From NCBI GenBank assembly GCA_031282535.1, contig JAITDM010000246.1, forward strand, positions 1-28,321: 28,321 bases of DNA, given 5' to 3'. The translations under genes and the position numbers were made by a program. Positions 17,584-26,647 of the stretch are shown piece after piece. The notes beneath the pieces are model-generated. The model had not been told where the DNA came from and did no database searches. It was given only the letters and a program-made list of their open reading frames with translations. The number at the start of each line of letters is the position of its first letter. The stretch's first letter is position 1. This DNA comes from Oscillospiraceae bacterium (GTDB lineage: Bacteria > Bacillota > Clostridia > Oscillospirales > UBA929).

Positions 17584-18417
17584 TCACATCGGAACATATA
17601 TTAACACCCCCGGATTCTGCTGGGACAGCGCTATGGCCGCCGGATCACTGGCGGCCGCCAGCGGAGTAGTCGGCGTGCCGTTTGAGAGGATATAGACCGC
17701 CGCGCCAGACGGAACGGTGTCGGCCACGGCCAGATAGGCTTCCGGCGTCTGGAACAACCACGACACCTGTCCCATATCGCCCTTTGGCCCCTGAGCCCCC
17801 TGGACGCCCTGGGGACCCTGGATACCCTGAGACCCGGCATCGCCTTTGTCCCCTTTGTCGCCCTTGTCGCCCTTCTGGCCCTGGATTCCCTGGGCACCCT
17901 GGGCGCCGTCCGCACCGGTCGCGCCGGTGTCGCCGGTGTCGCCTTTATCGCCCTTATCGCCTTTTTCCCCCTTATCGCCCTTGGCGCCTGGGGGACCTTG
18001 CAACGGCCCGGAATTCTCCCAGTTGTTGAGTCCGACGTCCCAGATCTGGACGTCTCCCTCAACGAGATACGCCTCGCCGAGAGTACCGGTAGGATGGTCA
18101 GTGATAAAGGCAGCATAGCTACTGTACACGCCGTAGATCAAGAAATCGTTGCCAGAGTCGCCCTTGTCACCCTTGTCGCCCTTGTCACCCTTGTCGCCCT
18201 GAGCGCCCGTCGCGCCTTGGGCGCCCGTCGCACCGGTCTGTCCGGTCGCGCCCTGCGGCCCTTCGGGACCCTCCGGCCCTTCGGGACCGGTGTCGCCCTT
18301 GTCTCCTTTGGCGCCGGGCGCGCCGGCAGTGCCCTGGATCCCCTGGAGTCCCTGCGGCCCCTGGAGCCCTTGCGGACCCGCCGGACCGACGACCTTGCCC
18401 AAATCCCATGTCGGCAT
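17584..18417 (-). CDS. Collagen-like fibre protein (277 aa)
   Basis: Two Gly-X-Y tracts (including GDK repeats) flank a small HPTGTLGEAYLV...WENSGPLQGP domain; TAATG-type overlap with the upstream gene. Confidence 0.9.
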   Translation of the reverse strand: MPTWDLGKVVGPAGPQGLQGPQGLQGIQGTAGAPGAKGDKGDTGPEGPEGPEGPQGATGQTGATGAQGATGAQGDKGDKGDKGDKGDSGNDFLIYGVYSSYAAFITDHPTGTLGEAYLVEGDVQIWDVGLNNWENSGPLQGPPGAKGDKGEKGDKGDKGDTGDTGATGADGAQGAQGIQGQKGDKGDKGDKGDAGSQGIQGPQGVQGAQGPKGDMGQVSWLFQTPEAYLAVADTVPSGAAVYILSNGTPTTPLAAASDPAAIALSQQNPGVLIYVPM

Positions 18418-19406
18418 TACGTTCCACCCCCGTCCTCGACTTCGATGGTCAGATACAGGTGACCATCGTCCTCGTTGATCTCATATCCGGGTTCCTCGGA
18501 GCCGGCGTAGTGGCACCAGAGGTACCCCTCCTTATCGATCGTGAAGGCCACGATTCCGTTGGCCGCGAAGGCCAGTCCGGAATCGCCCTTTGGCCCCTCG
18601 GGACCATCGGGACCTTGCGGGCCTTGCGGGCCCTGACTGCCCGTGGCCCCTGTGAGGCCCTGGGGACCTTGAATGCCCTGGATACCCTGCTCGCCCTGCG
18701 GCCCCTGGATCCCCTGGTCGCCCTTGTCGCCCTTTTTGGCGATGAGGAGCCAGTAGTTGCCGATGACCCCGCCGCCGCCCTGCGTGTCGATGTAGGGATC
18801 GACCCCCGCATTGGGCTGGATGCAGATGTAGGAAGAGCCCTGCCAGCTGACCTTTTGCAGGGGCAGCCACACCGTGACAGGATCCCAAGGCGCCCACACC
18901 TTGATGGCCTCCTCGGCCGCGGCCAGCGCGTCCATGGCCTCCTGGACCTTCTCCGCAGTCTGATCGATGACGTCCTCCATCATCGACTGCAATTGCTGGG
19001 CCTGTGTGGGCGTAGGCTCTGCAGGCTTGTAAAACGTATCAGACACCTTGACTTCCAGCGGCGCGCGGATCGTGTACGCGATGGCAGCCGGATCACTGCC
19101 TCGGTATCCCTCAAGCGTAAACTCACACCACCCCGGAAGGATCAGCGGTTCACGCGGGATCGGCGTCTCAAAGTGCAGCGGATCTTTGCCGCTCAGAATG
19201 TCAACTACAGAATCGTACAGCAGGATCGCCACGGGGTTGCCGCCCTGCGCGTCGCGCCAGATAAGTCTTTTGGACAGCTGCTGCCACTCTGCAGAGCAGT
19301 CGATCACCAGCGTCGTGATATTGCCCTCGCCCTGGACGCCGGCGTTTTTGCTGGACAAGTCGACAAACTCCCCGGTGACTTGGGCGTGGACCTCTCTCAC
19401 CGCCAT
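18417..19406 (-). CDS. Fibre anchor protein: BppU-like N-terminal domain, CBM5/12-like Trp-rich module, collagen segment
   Basis: Likely start ATG 19406 after AGGGGGG. Motifs [37 protein letters not shown]...YWLLIAKKG and Gly-X-Y. Confidence 0.75.
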   Translation of the reverse strand: MAVREVHAQVTGEFVDLSSKNAGVQGEGNITTLVIDCSAEWQQLSKRLIWRDAQGGNPVAILLYDSVVDILSGKDPLHFETPIPREPLILPGWCEFTLEGYRGSDPAAIAYTIRAPLEVKVSDTFYKPAEPTPTQAQQLQSMMEDVIDQTAEKVQEAMDALAAAEEAIKVWAPWDPVTVWLPLQKVSWQGSSYICIQPNAGVDPYIDTQGGGGVIGNYWLLIAKKGDKGDQGIQGPQGEQGIQGIQGPQGLTGATGSQGPQGPQGPDGPEGPKGDSGLAFAANGIVAFTIDKEGYLWCHYAGSEEPGYEINEDDGHLYLTIEVEDGGGT

Positions 19407-19433
19407 GATAATCGCCCCCCTGAAATGGAGTGA

Positions 19434-19510
19434 GGCGCGGCGGAGGGAATGGATGTGGGAAGCCATCCAAACACTCCGCCGCGCCGTGTCGCGGCTGCCA
19501 TGGGAACCGC
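19434..19510. other. Intergenic double stem-loop
   Basis: 12-bp perfect inverted repeat GGCGCGGCGGAG/CTCCGCCGCGCC (19434-19445/19474-19485) with an inner 6-bp stem, plus an adjacent GCGG...CCGC hairpin. Confidence 0.7.
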
Positions 19511-19553
19511 GGATAAAAAGCGTATTATATAAGGTATGTCTTGCGAAAAAATA

Positions 19554-19838
19554 CTACAGCAGGCCGGCGCTCTGCGCGGCGTCGAACTCTGCCCGCGCGG
19601 CCTCCTTCAAGTCCATGACGTACTCTCCCTGCTCCTGGGAGAAGTCGAGCACGCGTGCGAACTTGCGCTTGATCTTGACGGTCGCCCCCCGCTGGAGGCG
19701 GATGGTCTCGCCGTTGACCATCACCGTCACAGGCGCCGGGTCAACCCCGGGCCCCTTGTAGAGCCTGTAAGAAACAAGCTCCTCCTCACAGGCCTTCGCG
19801 GCGGCCAGCTGGGCCGCCAGATCATTGGTCTTGCTCAT
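19554..19838 (-). CDS. Hypothetical capsid-associated protein (94 aa)
   Basis: RBS GGAGGG; directly after the capsid gene; VTVMVNGETIRLQRGATV. Confidence 0.8.
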   Translation of the reverse strand: MSKTNDLAAQLAAAKACEEELVSYRLYKGPGVDPAPVTVMVNGETIRLQRGATVKIKRKFARVLDFSQEQGEYVMDLKEAARAEFDAAQSAGLL

Positions 19839-19849
19839 AAAAGCCCTCC

Positions 19850-21094
19850 TTAGTTGGCGCCGATCTCGAAGGTTGACGTGGTCTCGATTCGGACCATATA
19901 CTCTTCCACAAGACGCTCCGCGGTCTTGGTCGCCTTCCAGCCGGCGGTCGCGCGCTGGTTCAGCGGATCGGTCGTTCCGCCGCTCCCCAGCTGCTTGATG
20001 ATATGCTGCAGGCCGCCGCCGGACAGCTCCGTGACGCCGTACGCGTCGGAGCCGAGGACGAGGGTGCTGTAGATGTCGCGGCCGCCAAAGCCCGCCTCGC
20101 CGGGATAGACCGGCGTCGCGGCGCCAAGCACGCCGACGGGCCTGTCCACCGTTATGGTAGTTGCCGTGGCGCTCTGGACGGTATACTGTGCGCCTGCGAT
20201 CAGGATCTTTCTTCCGACGATCTTGGCCTGGTCGTCGGCCGTGAGGCTCTGCTGCACGCCAAACGTGGCGCTGCTTGTGCTCAGGGCCGAAGACGAAAGG
20301 ACGCGCTGTTGGGCCGACAGATCTTCCGCGTGGAAGACCTTTGCCTCTGTCGTCTCTACGAACCGAACACCGTACATCCGGCCGAGCTCGCCCTCGTAGA
20401 TCCCCTCAGGATCGCTGTAGGTTTTGACGTCCACCCAGTTTTTGTCCGACCAGAAGTCGAACGTGCAGTCCGGGTGGATGATTGCCACGTAACTCCCATT
20501 GATCCTAGGCGCGTTCATTGATTTCAGCGTCCTGACTGCCCTCTTGATTGCCGGGACGTCAAGATAGTCGTCGAGAGTCGGGTCGCCGTCGCCGCCGAGA
20601 AGCTGATACCGCGCCGTCTTACCCTTGCTGCCGTACTGGACGTTGGTGCCGCCGTTGAGAACCTCTCTCGTGATGGTGTCGAGGGTGCGGCCCGCCTGCG
20701 AGCCGAGAAGGCGCGTCGCCTGCACAAGGTTGTCGTCGATGGCCGTCAAAAGCAGGATGTCCGACAGCTCGATGTAGCCGCCGTACTGAGATACTTCGGC
20801 GCGCAGGATGCTCATGACCAGCTTCTGCCCGGACGGCGTGACGCCCTCCTGGAGCGGTACAAGCATCTTGGGCAGAGGGCTGTACTTGCGGAACTCGATA
20901 ATCTTGCCCTTGTCTTGTGGAATCGGCCGCTTCTGCCCGAACTGGTCATGGACCAGCAAAGGCTCGGCCAAGTCGATGAGATAATCACTGTAATAGATCT
21001 TCATCTCATCCGACAAGCCGGGATCTGTGGTCACGTTGGTGTTGTCAAACAGCCACAACACCGGGAAAAGGACCATATCTTTGAACTTTTTCAT
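19850..21094 (-). CDS. Major capsid protein, N4-gp56-like
   Basis: LVHDQFGQKRPIP...IEFRKYSPL, LQEGVTP, QYGGYIELSD, GGTNVQY, YVAIIHPD, GELGRMYGVRFVET, DPLNQRATAGWKA. Confidence 0.92.
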   Translation of the reverse strand: MKKFKDMVLFPVLWLFDNTNVTTDPGLSDEMKIYYSDYLIDLAEPLLVHDQFGQKRPIPQDKGKIIEFRKYSPLPKMLVPLQEGVTPSGQKLVMSILRAEVSQYGGYIELSDILLLTAIDDNLVQATRLLGSQAGRTLDTITREVLNGGTNVQYGSKGKTARYQLLGGDGDPTLDDYLDVPAIKRAVRTLKSMNAPRINGSYVAIIHPDCTFDFWSDKNWVDVKTYSDPEGIYEGELGRMYGVRFVETTEAKVFHAEDLSAQQRVLSSSALSTSSATFGVQQSLTADDQAKIVGRKILIAGAQYTVQSATATTITVDRPVGVLGAATPVYPGEAGFGGRDIYSTLVLGSDAYGVTELSGGGLQHIIKQLGSGGTTDPLNQRATAGWKATKTAERLVEEYMVRIETTSTFEIGAN

Positions 21095-21147
21095 GGTGGT
21101 AAAATCCCCTTTCTTGGTCGGGGGAAGTGCTTACAAATCGTAAGCAC

Positions 21148-22086
21148 TTAGAACCTGATCTGTTCCCCCCGCAACGCCCTCCGCGCGATTTCCGCGCGGT
21201 CGGCCTTTGTCAACTTGCTCACATCGCTCTTGACGATGAAAGCACTCTGAGGGGACGCGCCGGCCTCTGCCGGCCTCTGCCCGCGTGTCTGGACCTGTTT
21301 GGCGACCTGAGCTTGTGTGGCCTGCACCGTCCGCGCCATGATCTCCTCCCTGTGGAGGACCTCGTAGGCATGCTGGACTGGTATGCCACTGCGCAGCATA
21401 CGGGTGAACTCGGGATTTTTGGTCTCCGTCGCCAGGTCAAAGTCGGGGTATGTGCTCTTGACCTGCTGCGCGTCGGCCTCCCATTGCTGAACCTGCTGCT
21501 GGGCCTGCATCTGGGCTTGCAGCGTGCGGACCTGTCTCTCATACTGCGCCTTCTCGGCCTCAAGCCGCTGCTGCGTGCGGTACTGCTGCACCGTCATGCC
21601 CGCCGCCTCAGCCGCCGCCGACCAGTACGAGTCGTCTTGGTCAACGGCCTTTTGGAGCGCCTGCATGTCGGCAACGCCGTAGCGCTGCATGAGCGCCTGA
21701 ATCACTGGCGCCTGCGCCTGAAGCCGCTCGGCGGTCTCTTTTGTCTCGCGGAACCGCCGGTCAATGATGGTCTGCACGCTCGCCTCGAAGTCGGCCTTGT
21801 ACTCGCCCCTTATCAAGTCCTGGAACGCGGGCTTTTGCCCCTCTTTTGCCTGCTGAGTCTGCTGTGTCTCCCCGGCGTCGGGAGCTTGCGTGTCGGCCTC
21901 GCCGGCCCCGTCAGGGGCCTGCTTGCCGTACACGACGGTCGCGAGTGTCCCGCCCGATTTGCCGCCCTTGGCCGCCGGAGCGGCCGGCGCAGCAGGAGGT
22001 GCCGCAGGCGCGGCCGCAGCCGCTGTCCCGCCACCCTCGCCGCCGCCGTCAAACAGCGTCAGAACGGCTCTAAAAAGCTTGATCAT
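21148..22086 (-). CDS. Capsid scaffolding protein
   Basis: True start ATG 22086 after GGAGGAGG. N-terminal LTLF-DG motif, Ala/Pro linker, coiled-coil body, and position between protease and capsid. Confidence 0.85.
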   Translation of the reverse strand: MIKLFRAVLTLFDGGGEGGGTAAAAAPAAPPAAPAAPAAKGGKSGGTLATVVYGKQAPDGAGEADTQAPDAGETQQTQQAKEGQKPAFQDLIRGEYKADFEASVQTIIDRRFRETKETAERLQAQAPVIQALMQRYGVADMQALQKAVDQDDSYWSAAAEAAGMTVQQYRTQQRLEAEKAQYERQVRTLQAQMQAQQQVQQWEADAQQVKSTYPDFDLATETKNPEFTRMLRSGIPVQHAYEVLHREEIMARTVQATQAQVAKQVQTRGQRPAEAGASPQSAFIVKSDVSKLTKADRAEIARRALRGEQIRF

Positions 22087-22165
22087 GTGTACCTCCTCCG
22101 CGGGTCTCACGCGCCCGTGTGACGGCCCGCGCCCCCGGCCGGGAGGCGGGCATATGTGATCACGT

Positions 22166-22507
22166 CTACTTAGACGCAAGATCGTCTGTACGAGTGATAG
22201 TGATGCGGTCCGGGTGTGACATGCGGATCTGCTCGACGCCCATGCAAAACACATCGAGCACGCCGCCCGGCTCACGATCCGGCTTCGTCATGGCCCAATC
22301 GAGCCACGCGAAGCCCTCTCGCAGGGTCACATTGGTCGTCTCCTGCGGCCGGAAGTTTTTCACGGCGGCCGCCAGCGCGTACACCAGCGCAGATACGCCG
22401 GCGCAGACGCGGGAGCCATCAATGTCGCCGCCATCACCGCCATGGCCCTGGACGATCACAGAGCAGATGCCCGGATCGCTGAAACGCGCAACGCCCACGT
22501 CAATCAT
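22166..22507 (-). CDS. prp: Phage-encoded Prp-family (DUF464) cysteine protease
   Basis: His/Cys dyad motifs VQGHG and VCAGVSAL, 113 aa, located between portal and scaffold. Confidence 0.85.
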   Translation of the reverse strand: MIDVGVARFSDPGICSVIVQGHGGDGGDIDGSRVCAGVSALVYALAAAVKNFRPQETTNVTLREGFAWLDWAMTKPDREPGGVLDVFCMGVEQIRMSHPDRITITRTDDLASK

Positions 22508-24510
22508 CCTGCCGCCGTCCTTTCGCCGCCGCTGCCAGCGCGCGGAACCGAGCGCGCCGCCAGCCTCTCAGAATACCCCTGCTGCGGCGTCTGCGCTCTG
22601 GCCTGCGCGGCATTGACGCCACCACCGCCGCCCTGCTGCGGTCCCGCAGGCGCGCCGCCCGGACCTGCCGGCGCCATTCCGGCGCCCACGTCGATGCCGG
22701 TAGACGCCTGCACAATGGCCATAAGCTGGTCCATCTGTGCCGCCATCTGGTTTAGCAAGTTGAGGAGGGTTTGTCCCTGCTGCACGTAGCGCAGGACCTC
22801 GTCCTTGCCCTCGAAGTCCATCAGCTGGAGCGCCCCGAGGGTTTCTTGGGCCCTTTCGGGATTGAAAAAGCCCAATCCGTATAGCTCTTTCGCGAGCTCG
22901 TTTTGGCTCATGCGATTGAAGGGGTTCTTCCGCTGCGCCCGGGCTTTCACGTCGAACACCGGGCGCCGGAACAACGGCTCCTGACCGGCATACAGCGGCG
23001 CCATGGGCTGGTCCTGCAAGCCGCCGTTTGAGAACTCGACGAACTCGAACTCCGCCGGCGTCTTGCCGGTGATGCGGAAGCTGCGCGCCTCATCGTAGAA
23101 TTGCCGCATGAGCTCGATGCAGAGATAGACGATCTGGATGTAGGCCCGGTACGACGCCGCGATGGCGTCGCGCGACGCCTTATTGCCCGCCTCTTGAAGC
23201 GCCGCAATGGCCGCCGCCGCCGTCACACCCGACGGCACGCCGCCCGACGTGACGTCGCGCGCGCCCGTGGTCTCGCGCATCTCGGCAACCTTGCTGTCCT
23301 TGATCGCCACCACGCTCGCCGGCGCGGGGTCGACCTTGATCTGCTGTATGCGGCGGTCGTCAAGCTCGCCCTCTACGTGTACCAGCGGGCGCGACCAGTC
23401 GAGGAACTCTTGCTCGTTGATCCCGGTGCTATTGCTGACGAAGAACCTGGCCTTACCCGCCATCTTGGCAGTCTCAAGGATAGTCCCGTCGAGGCTGTCG
23501 ACATACAGCTGCGGGTCCTTGGCGATGGCGATCATGCCAAAGCCGGCCGGCGTGCCCTTGACCGGGTACATGACGTCGAAAATCACCGGGTACTGGCCGT
23601 GATTGTACCAGCCGCCAGCGTATGTCGGGTCGTTCTCGCTCGCGTACAGGAGCGCGCGCCCGCAGAATTTCGCATAGTGCAGGATTGTGCGCCCGTCTGC
23701 GCCGCGCCGCCTGTAGTACCAGTCGACCACGACCGACTTTTTGGTCTGGTCGATGCTCTCGTCGTAGATGTACTGCCGGACGTCGATCCCGCCGGTCCCG
23801 CGCATCTTGCCGCGGAGCTGAGGGTACTGCTCGTCCAAAATGTCCTCGTCAACCAAGTCGACGATGAAGAGATTCCTGGACCGCTGCACGTCCTCGATAC
23901 CCGGCTCCCAGAAGATCTTGAGCAGATCAATCGGCCGGATCTCGATGTCGCCCAAGCCGTTCTCCTTCTCGGAGTTCCAGAAGACGCCATACACGGCGGT
24001 CCCGTGTTTCAGCTTCTCCCACCAGGCGTCTGAGTACGCCTGTTCGAAATCGTTCTGCTCCAGGACCACCGGCAAGATGCTCGACAGCATCTCGGCATTG
24101 CCGCGGTCGCTGCGCTCGCGCGGCAAGACAATCGGCTCGGGGCTGTTGTCCATAGCATCGGCGTGTTTTTGCGTGAGTGCGTTGACCAGCCAGCCGGACG
24201 TCGGATCCGGATGCACCTCATCCGGGTGCGACTTGCGGCGGCGGCGGCGCAGGTACTCCCAGTGCCGAAGCTCGTACCACATCTCGTCGGCCACAACGCG
24301 CTCCTCCAAAGCCGCTTTGCCCTGCTTGTACTCTTGCAGGATCCGCGCCGCCTCCTCGATGTCTTTCTCCCCGATCTGCCGCCTGGGCGCGGCCATCACG
24401 GCCGCACTCGCCTCGGGTGTCATGACCTCGGGAGGCCGGACGCCGGGCACGCCACCCGCCGCGGGCAGCTGCTGAGTCTGGGGCCGCGGGAAGATCGGCA
24501 CGCCTGTCAC
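22504..24510 (-). CDS. Portal protein (P22-like, 668 aa)
   Basis: Follows terL with a GTGA overlap; KLKHGTAVYGVFW, IFWEP, YPVIFDVMYP, SGVTAAAAIAALQEAG. Confidence 0.9.
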   Translation of the reverse strand: MTGVPIFPRPQTQQLPAAGGVPGVRPPEVMTPEASAAVMAAPRRQIGEKDIEEAARILQEYKQGKAALEERVVADEMWYELRHWEYLRRRRRKSHPDEVHPDPTSGWLVNALTQKHADAMDNSPEPIVLPRERSDRGNAEMLSSILPVVLEQNDFEQAYSDAWWEKLKHGTAVYGVFWNSEKENGLGDIEIRPIDLLKIFWEPGIEDVQRSRNLFIVDLVDEDILDEQYPQLRGKMRGTGGIDVRQYIYDESIDQTKKSVVVDWYYRRRGADGRTILHYAKFCGRALLYASENDPTYAGGWYNHGQYPVIFDVMYPVKGTPAGFGMIAIAKDPQLYVDSLDGTILETAKMAGKARFFVSNSTGINEQEFLDWSRPLVHVEGELDDRRIQQIKVDPAPASVVAIKDSKVAEMRETTGARDVTSGGVPSGVTAAAAIAALQEAGNKASRDAIAASYRAYIQIVYLCIELMRQFYDEARSFRITGKTPAEFEFVEFSNGGLQDQPMAPLYAGQEPLFRRPVFDVKARAQRKNPFNRMSQNELAKELYGLGFFNPERAQETLGALQLMDFEGKDEVLRYVQQGQTLLNLLNQMAAQMDQLMAIVQASTGIDVGAGMAPAGPGGAPAGPQQGGGGGVNAAQARAQTPQQGYSERLAARSVPRAGSGGERTAAG

Positions 24511-25949
24511 CTCCTGAAGTATGCGTAGTGGTCGTATCCGACATCTGTGTCGGTATCAAGTGGGCTGTATGGCCGGATCACCTCCACCGGCCGCTCTGGC
24601 GGCGCGATGGGATTGGCCATGCAGATGTATCTCAGCTCGTCGTAGGCGTGGTCCTCGCCGTCTGTGTCGACGTCCTCCACATCGCTCTCGTCGTACACGA
24701 GCGCCGGGAACGTCCTGATGAAATGCCTGCACGTGTCGAAGACGTAGAGCATTGGGAAGCCGTCGGGATCGAACGCGAGCCTATAGTGCACCTGCATCTT
24801 GCCACTGATGCGCGCGTGGTCGCCTCGCTCGAAGTATACGTGGGCCCGCTCGAAGATGCTGCCGATGCTCTCTGTGCCGTCTGACTGCCAGATCGCTGGG
24901 TCCGCGATGCCGTGTATCTGCCTGCCGCGGAGGTTTGGGTCGTCGCGCTCGATCTCCCTGATCGCCCGCGCGACGCGCGAGGGCTCCCACTTGGTGCCCT
25001 CATTGGGCCGTCCCGTACAGCCGTACAGCTCGCGTATACGATACAGGCGCCGGTCGCGGTCTACCGCGTACCAGCCGACAGAGAAAGGCCGGGAGTAGCC
25101 CCAGTCTAGGCCGCGCCACACGCCCCAGCTCTCTGGGATGCGGAACGGCTCGATCACGTGGGTATGCGACCTGTCGGGGTTGGGCGCGTTGCGCCACTCC
25201 GCGAAGACCTGTCCGCTGAAGCTGTCCCAGTCGCCATACAGCAGCGCGCGCCGCTCGGCGTCAGGGAGGCTTGCGAGGCGATGGACGTAAGCCGGATCGT
25301 GCTCAAGAAGCAGGCGATTGTCAAAAACCGTGGCCGGCACGAAGATCCTACTGGTTGTCGATGTGTGCCGCGTGCCCTCTGGATCTACCCACTCCACCGG
25401 CTCGCGCACCGTGGTCATGGGAGGCGCGGCCGTGACGAAGCGGTCTTTAACCCACACATGCCCGACACCCCCGGGATTTGCGGTGCTGCGCATGTACACT
25501 CTGGTCCCCGGACCGGTCGCCCGGTTTCGTGAGCGCAGGTACACGTACTCGTCGTAGGCGAAATGCGTCAACTCGTCGAAGCCCATGAAGTCATACGCAT
25601 GCCCCTGGTATTTGTGCCGGTCTTGCGTGCGATGCAGATCCCCGAAAATGATCCGCGCTCCGCTCGGGAAGCGCCATGAGTGCGACGACGAATTATACTT
25701 GACACCCGGGAAGGCCCTCGGGTAGTAGCGCTCTGCCTTGTCTATCAGCTCTGTCAGCTGTGGGTATGTCTTGCGCAGTATCAGCGCCCGGTAGTGCGGT
25801 ATATGCACCTGCCGCAGCGCCTCGATCACCAGAGCCTCGCTTTTCCCCCCGCCGGCGGCCCCGCCATACAGGGCCTCATCCTCGCCGCGGGCCATGAAAG
25901 CTGCCTGCCGCTCTTGCGGCTCCCAGACCACACCGGCCGCCTCACTCAT
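24507..25949 (-). CDS. terL: Terminase large subunit
   Basis: Walker A YGGAAGGGKS, Walker B FMGFDELTHF, TANPGG, and nuclease motifs GLDWGYSRPF and DHAYDELRY. Confidence 0.96.
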   Translation of the reverse strand: MSEAAGVVWEPQERQAAFMARGEDEALYGGAAGGGKSEALVIEALRQVHIPHYRALILRKTYPQLTELIDKAERYYPRAFPGVKYNSSSHSWRFPSGARIIFGDLHRTQDRHKYQGHAYDFMGFDELTHFAYDEYVYLRSRNRATGPGTRVYMRSTANPGGVGHVWVKDRFVTAAPPMTTVREPVEWVDPEGTRHTSTTSRIFVPATVFDNRLLLEHDPAYVHRLASLPDAERRALLYGDWDSFSGQVFAEWRNAPNPDRSHTHVIEPFRIPESWGVWRGLDWGYSRPFSVGWYAVDRDRRLYRIRELYGCTGRPNEGTKWEPSRVARAIREIERDDPNLRGRQIHGIADPAIWQSDGTESIGSIFERAHVYFERGDHARISGKMQVHYRLAFDPDGFPMLYVFDTCRHFIRTFPALVYDESDVEDVDTDGEDHAYDELRYICMANPIAPPERPVEVIRPYSPLDTDTDVGYDHYAYFRR

Positions 25950-26496
25950 CGGCCCTCTGCTCTGTGACCGGCGGCGGCGACTCGATGGCAGCGACGCCCG
26001 GCATGATCACGACACCGACGGCCGGCCCGCCCTCGGCCGCGTCCCCGCGGTCTTTGGCGTAGGCGCCGACGTGACGCATGAGCATGTCCAGCGCCTTGTT
26101 TTTGTCGGCCAATTTCACCTCACGCTCGAACGTTACGCTTCCATCAGGCGCGCGAGTCTCTTTGACTCTCACGGCCTGTATTGCAGCCTTGTCATAGCGC
26201 TGCGCGTCACCCTTGACCGTGGCCGTGTCCAGGTTGAGCAGATCTTCCGGGTTGATGAGGGCGATTTTAGCCAGCTCCTCGACCACCCTATCGGCACAAA
26301 TTCCAGTGCGTTTTGAGCGCTCTGCGAGGGCTTTGTCTACCCCCGCGCGCACGCACGTATTTGGATTACTCTTACTTAGTAGCTTAGATGCAGTAACAAA
26401 GGCAGCCTTGGGCGCGTAGCCGGCGCGGATCGCTGCCGCAGTGCCGTTGAGGTCTATCAGATACTCCTCGACAAAACGCTGTTGCTTCGCCGTCAC
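25942..26496 (-). CDS. terS: Terminase small subunit
   Basis: KQQRFVEEYLIDLNGTAAAIRAGY N-terminus and EVKLADKNKALDML. Confidence 0.93.
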   Translation of the reverse strand: MTAKQQRFVEEYLIDLNGTAAAIRAGYAPKAAFVTASKLLSKSNPNTCVRAGVDKALAERSKRTGICADRVVEELAKIALINPEDLLNLDTATVKGDAQRYDKAAIQAVRVKETRAPDGSVTFEREVKLADKNKALDMLMRHVGAYAKDRGDAAEGGPAVGVVIMPGVAAIESPPPVTEQRADE

Positions 26497-26549
26497 GCCC
26501 CCTCACGCCCTCTCCATCTCAAGTGTTTTAACGCTCAAACTTTGTTTCA

Positions 26550-26578
26550 AACATACACCATTTGCTCAAACATGTCAA
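26550..26578 (-). promoter_or_regulatory. Putative promoter of the packaging/structural operon
   Basis: TTGACA (26578-26573), 17-bp spacer, TATGTT (26555-26550), about 55 bp upstream of terS. Confidence 0.6.
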
Positions 26579-26599
26579 GCCCTGCAAAATTTTTGCAAC

Positions 26600-26635
26600 A
26601 AAAAAAGGCCTCCCTGGCCATGTGGGAGGCCTTTT
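26600..26635 (-). terminator. Intrinsic terminator of the HTH gene
   Basis: AAAAGGCCTCCC/GGGAGGCCTTTT inverted repeat followed by a T7 run on the minus strand. Confidence 0.85.
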
Positions 26636-26647
26636 GAGTACCGCGCG

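Noticed and set aside
16360-18740. 9-bp tandem repeats as a CRISPR array or invertible-segment sites
   Set aside because: They are in-frame Gly-X-Y collagen codons without spacers. I found no long inverted repeats or recombinase around the tip genes.
19524-19552. Sigma-A promoter for the fibre genes
   Set aside because: TATAAT is present, but no acceptable -35 at 16-18 bp spacing and no TGn extension.
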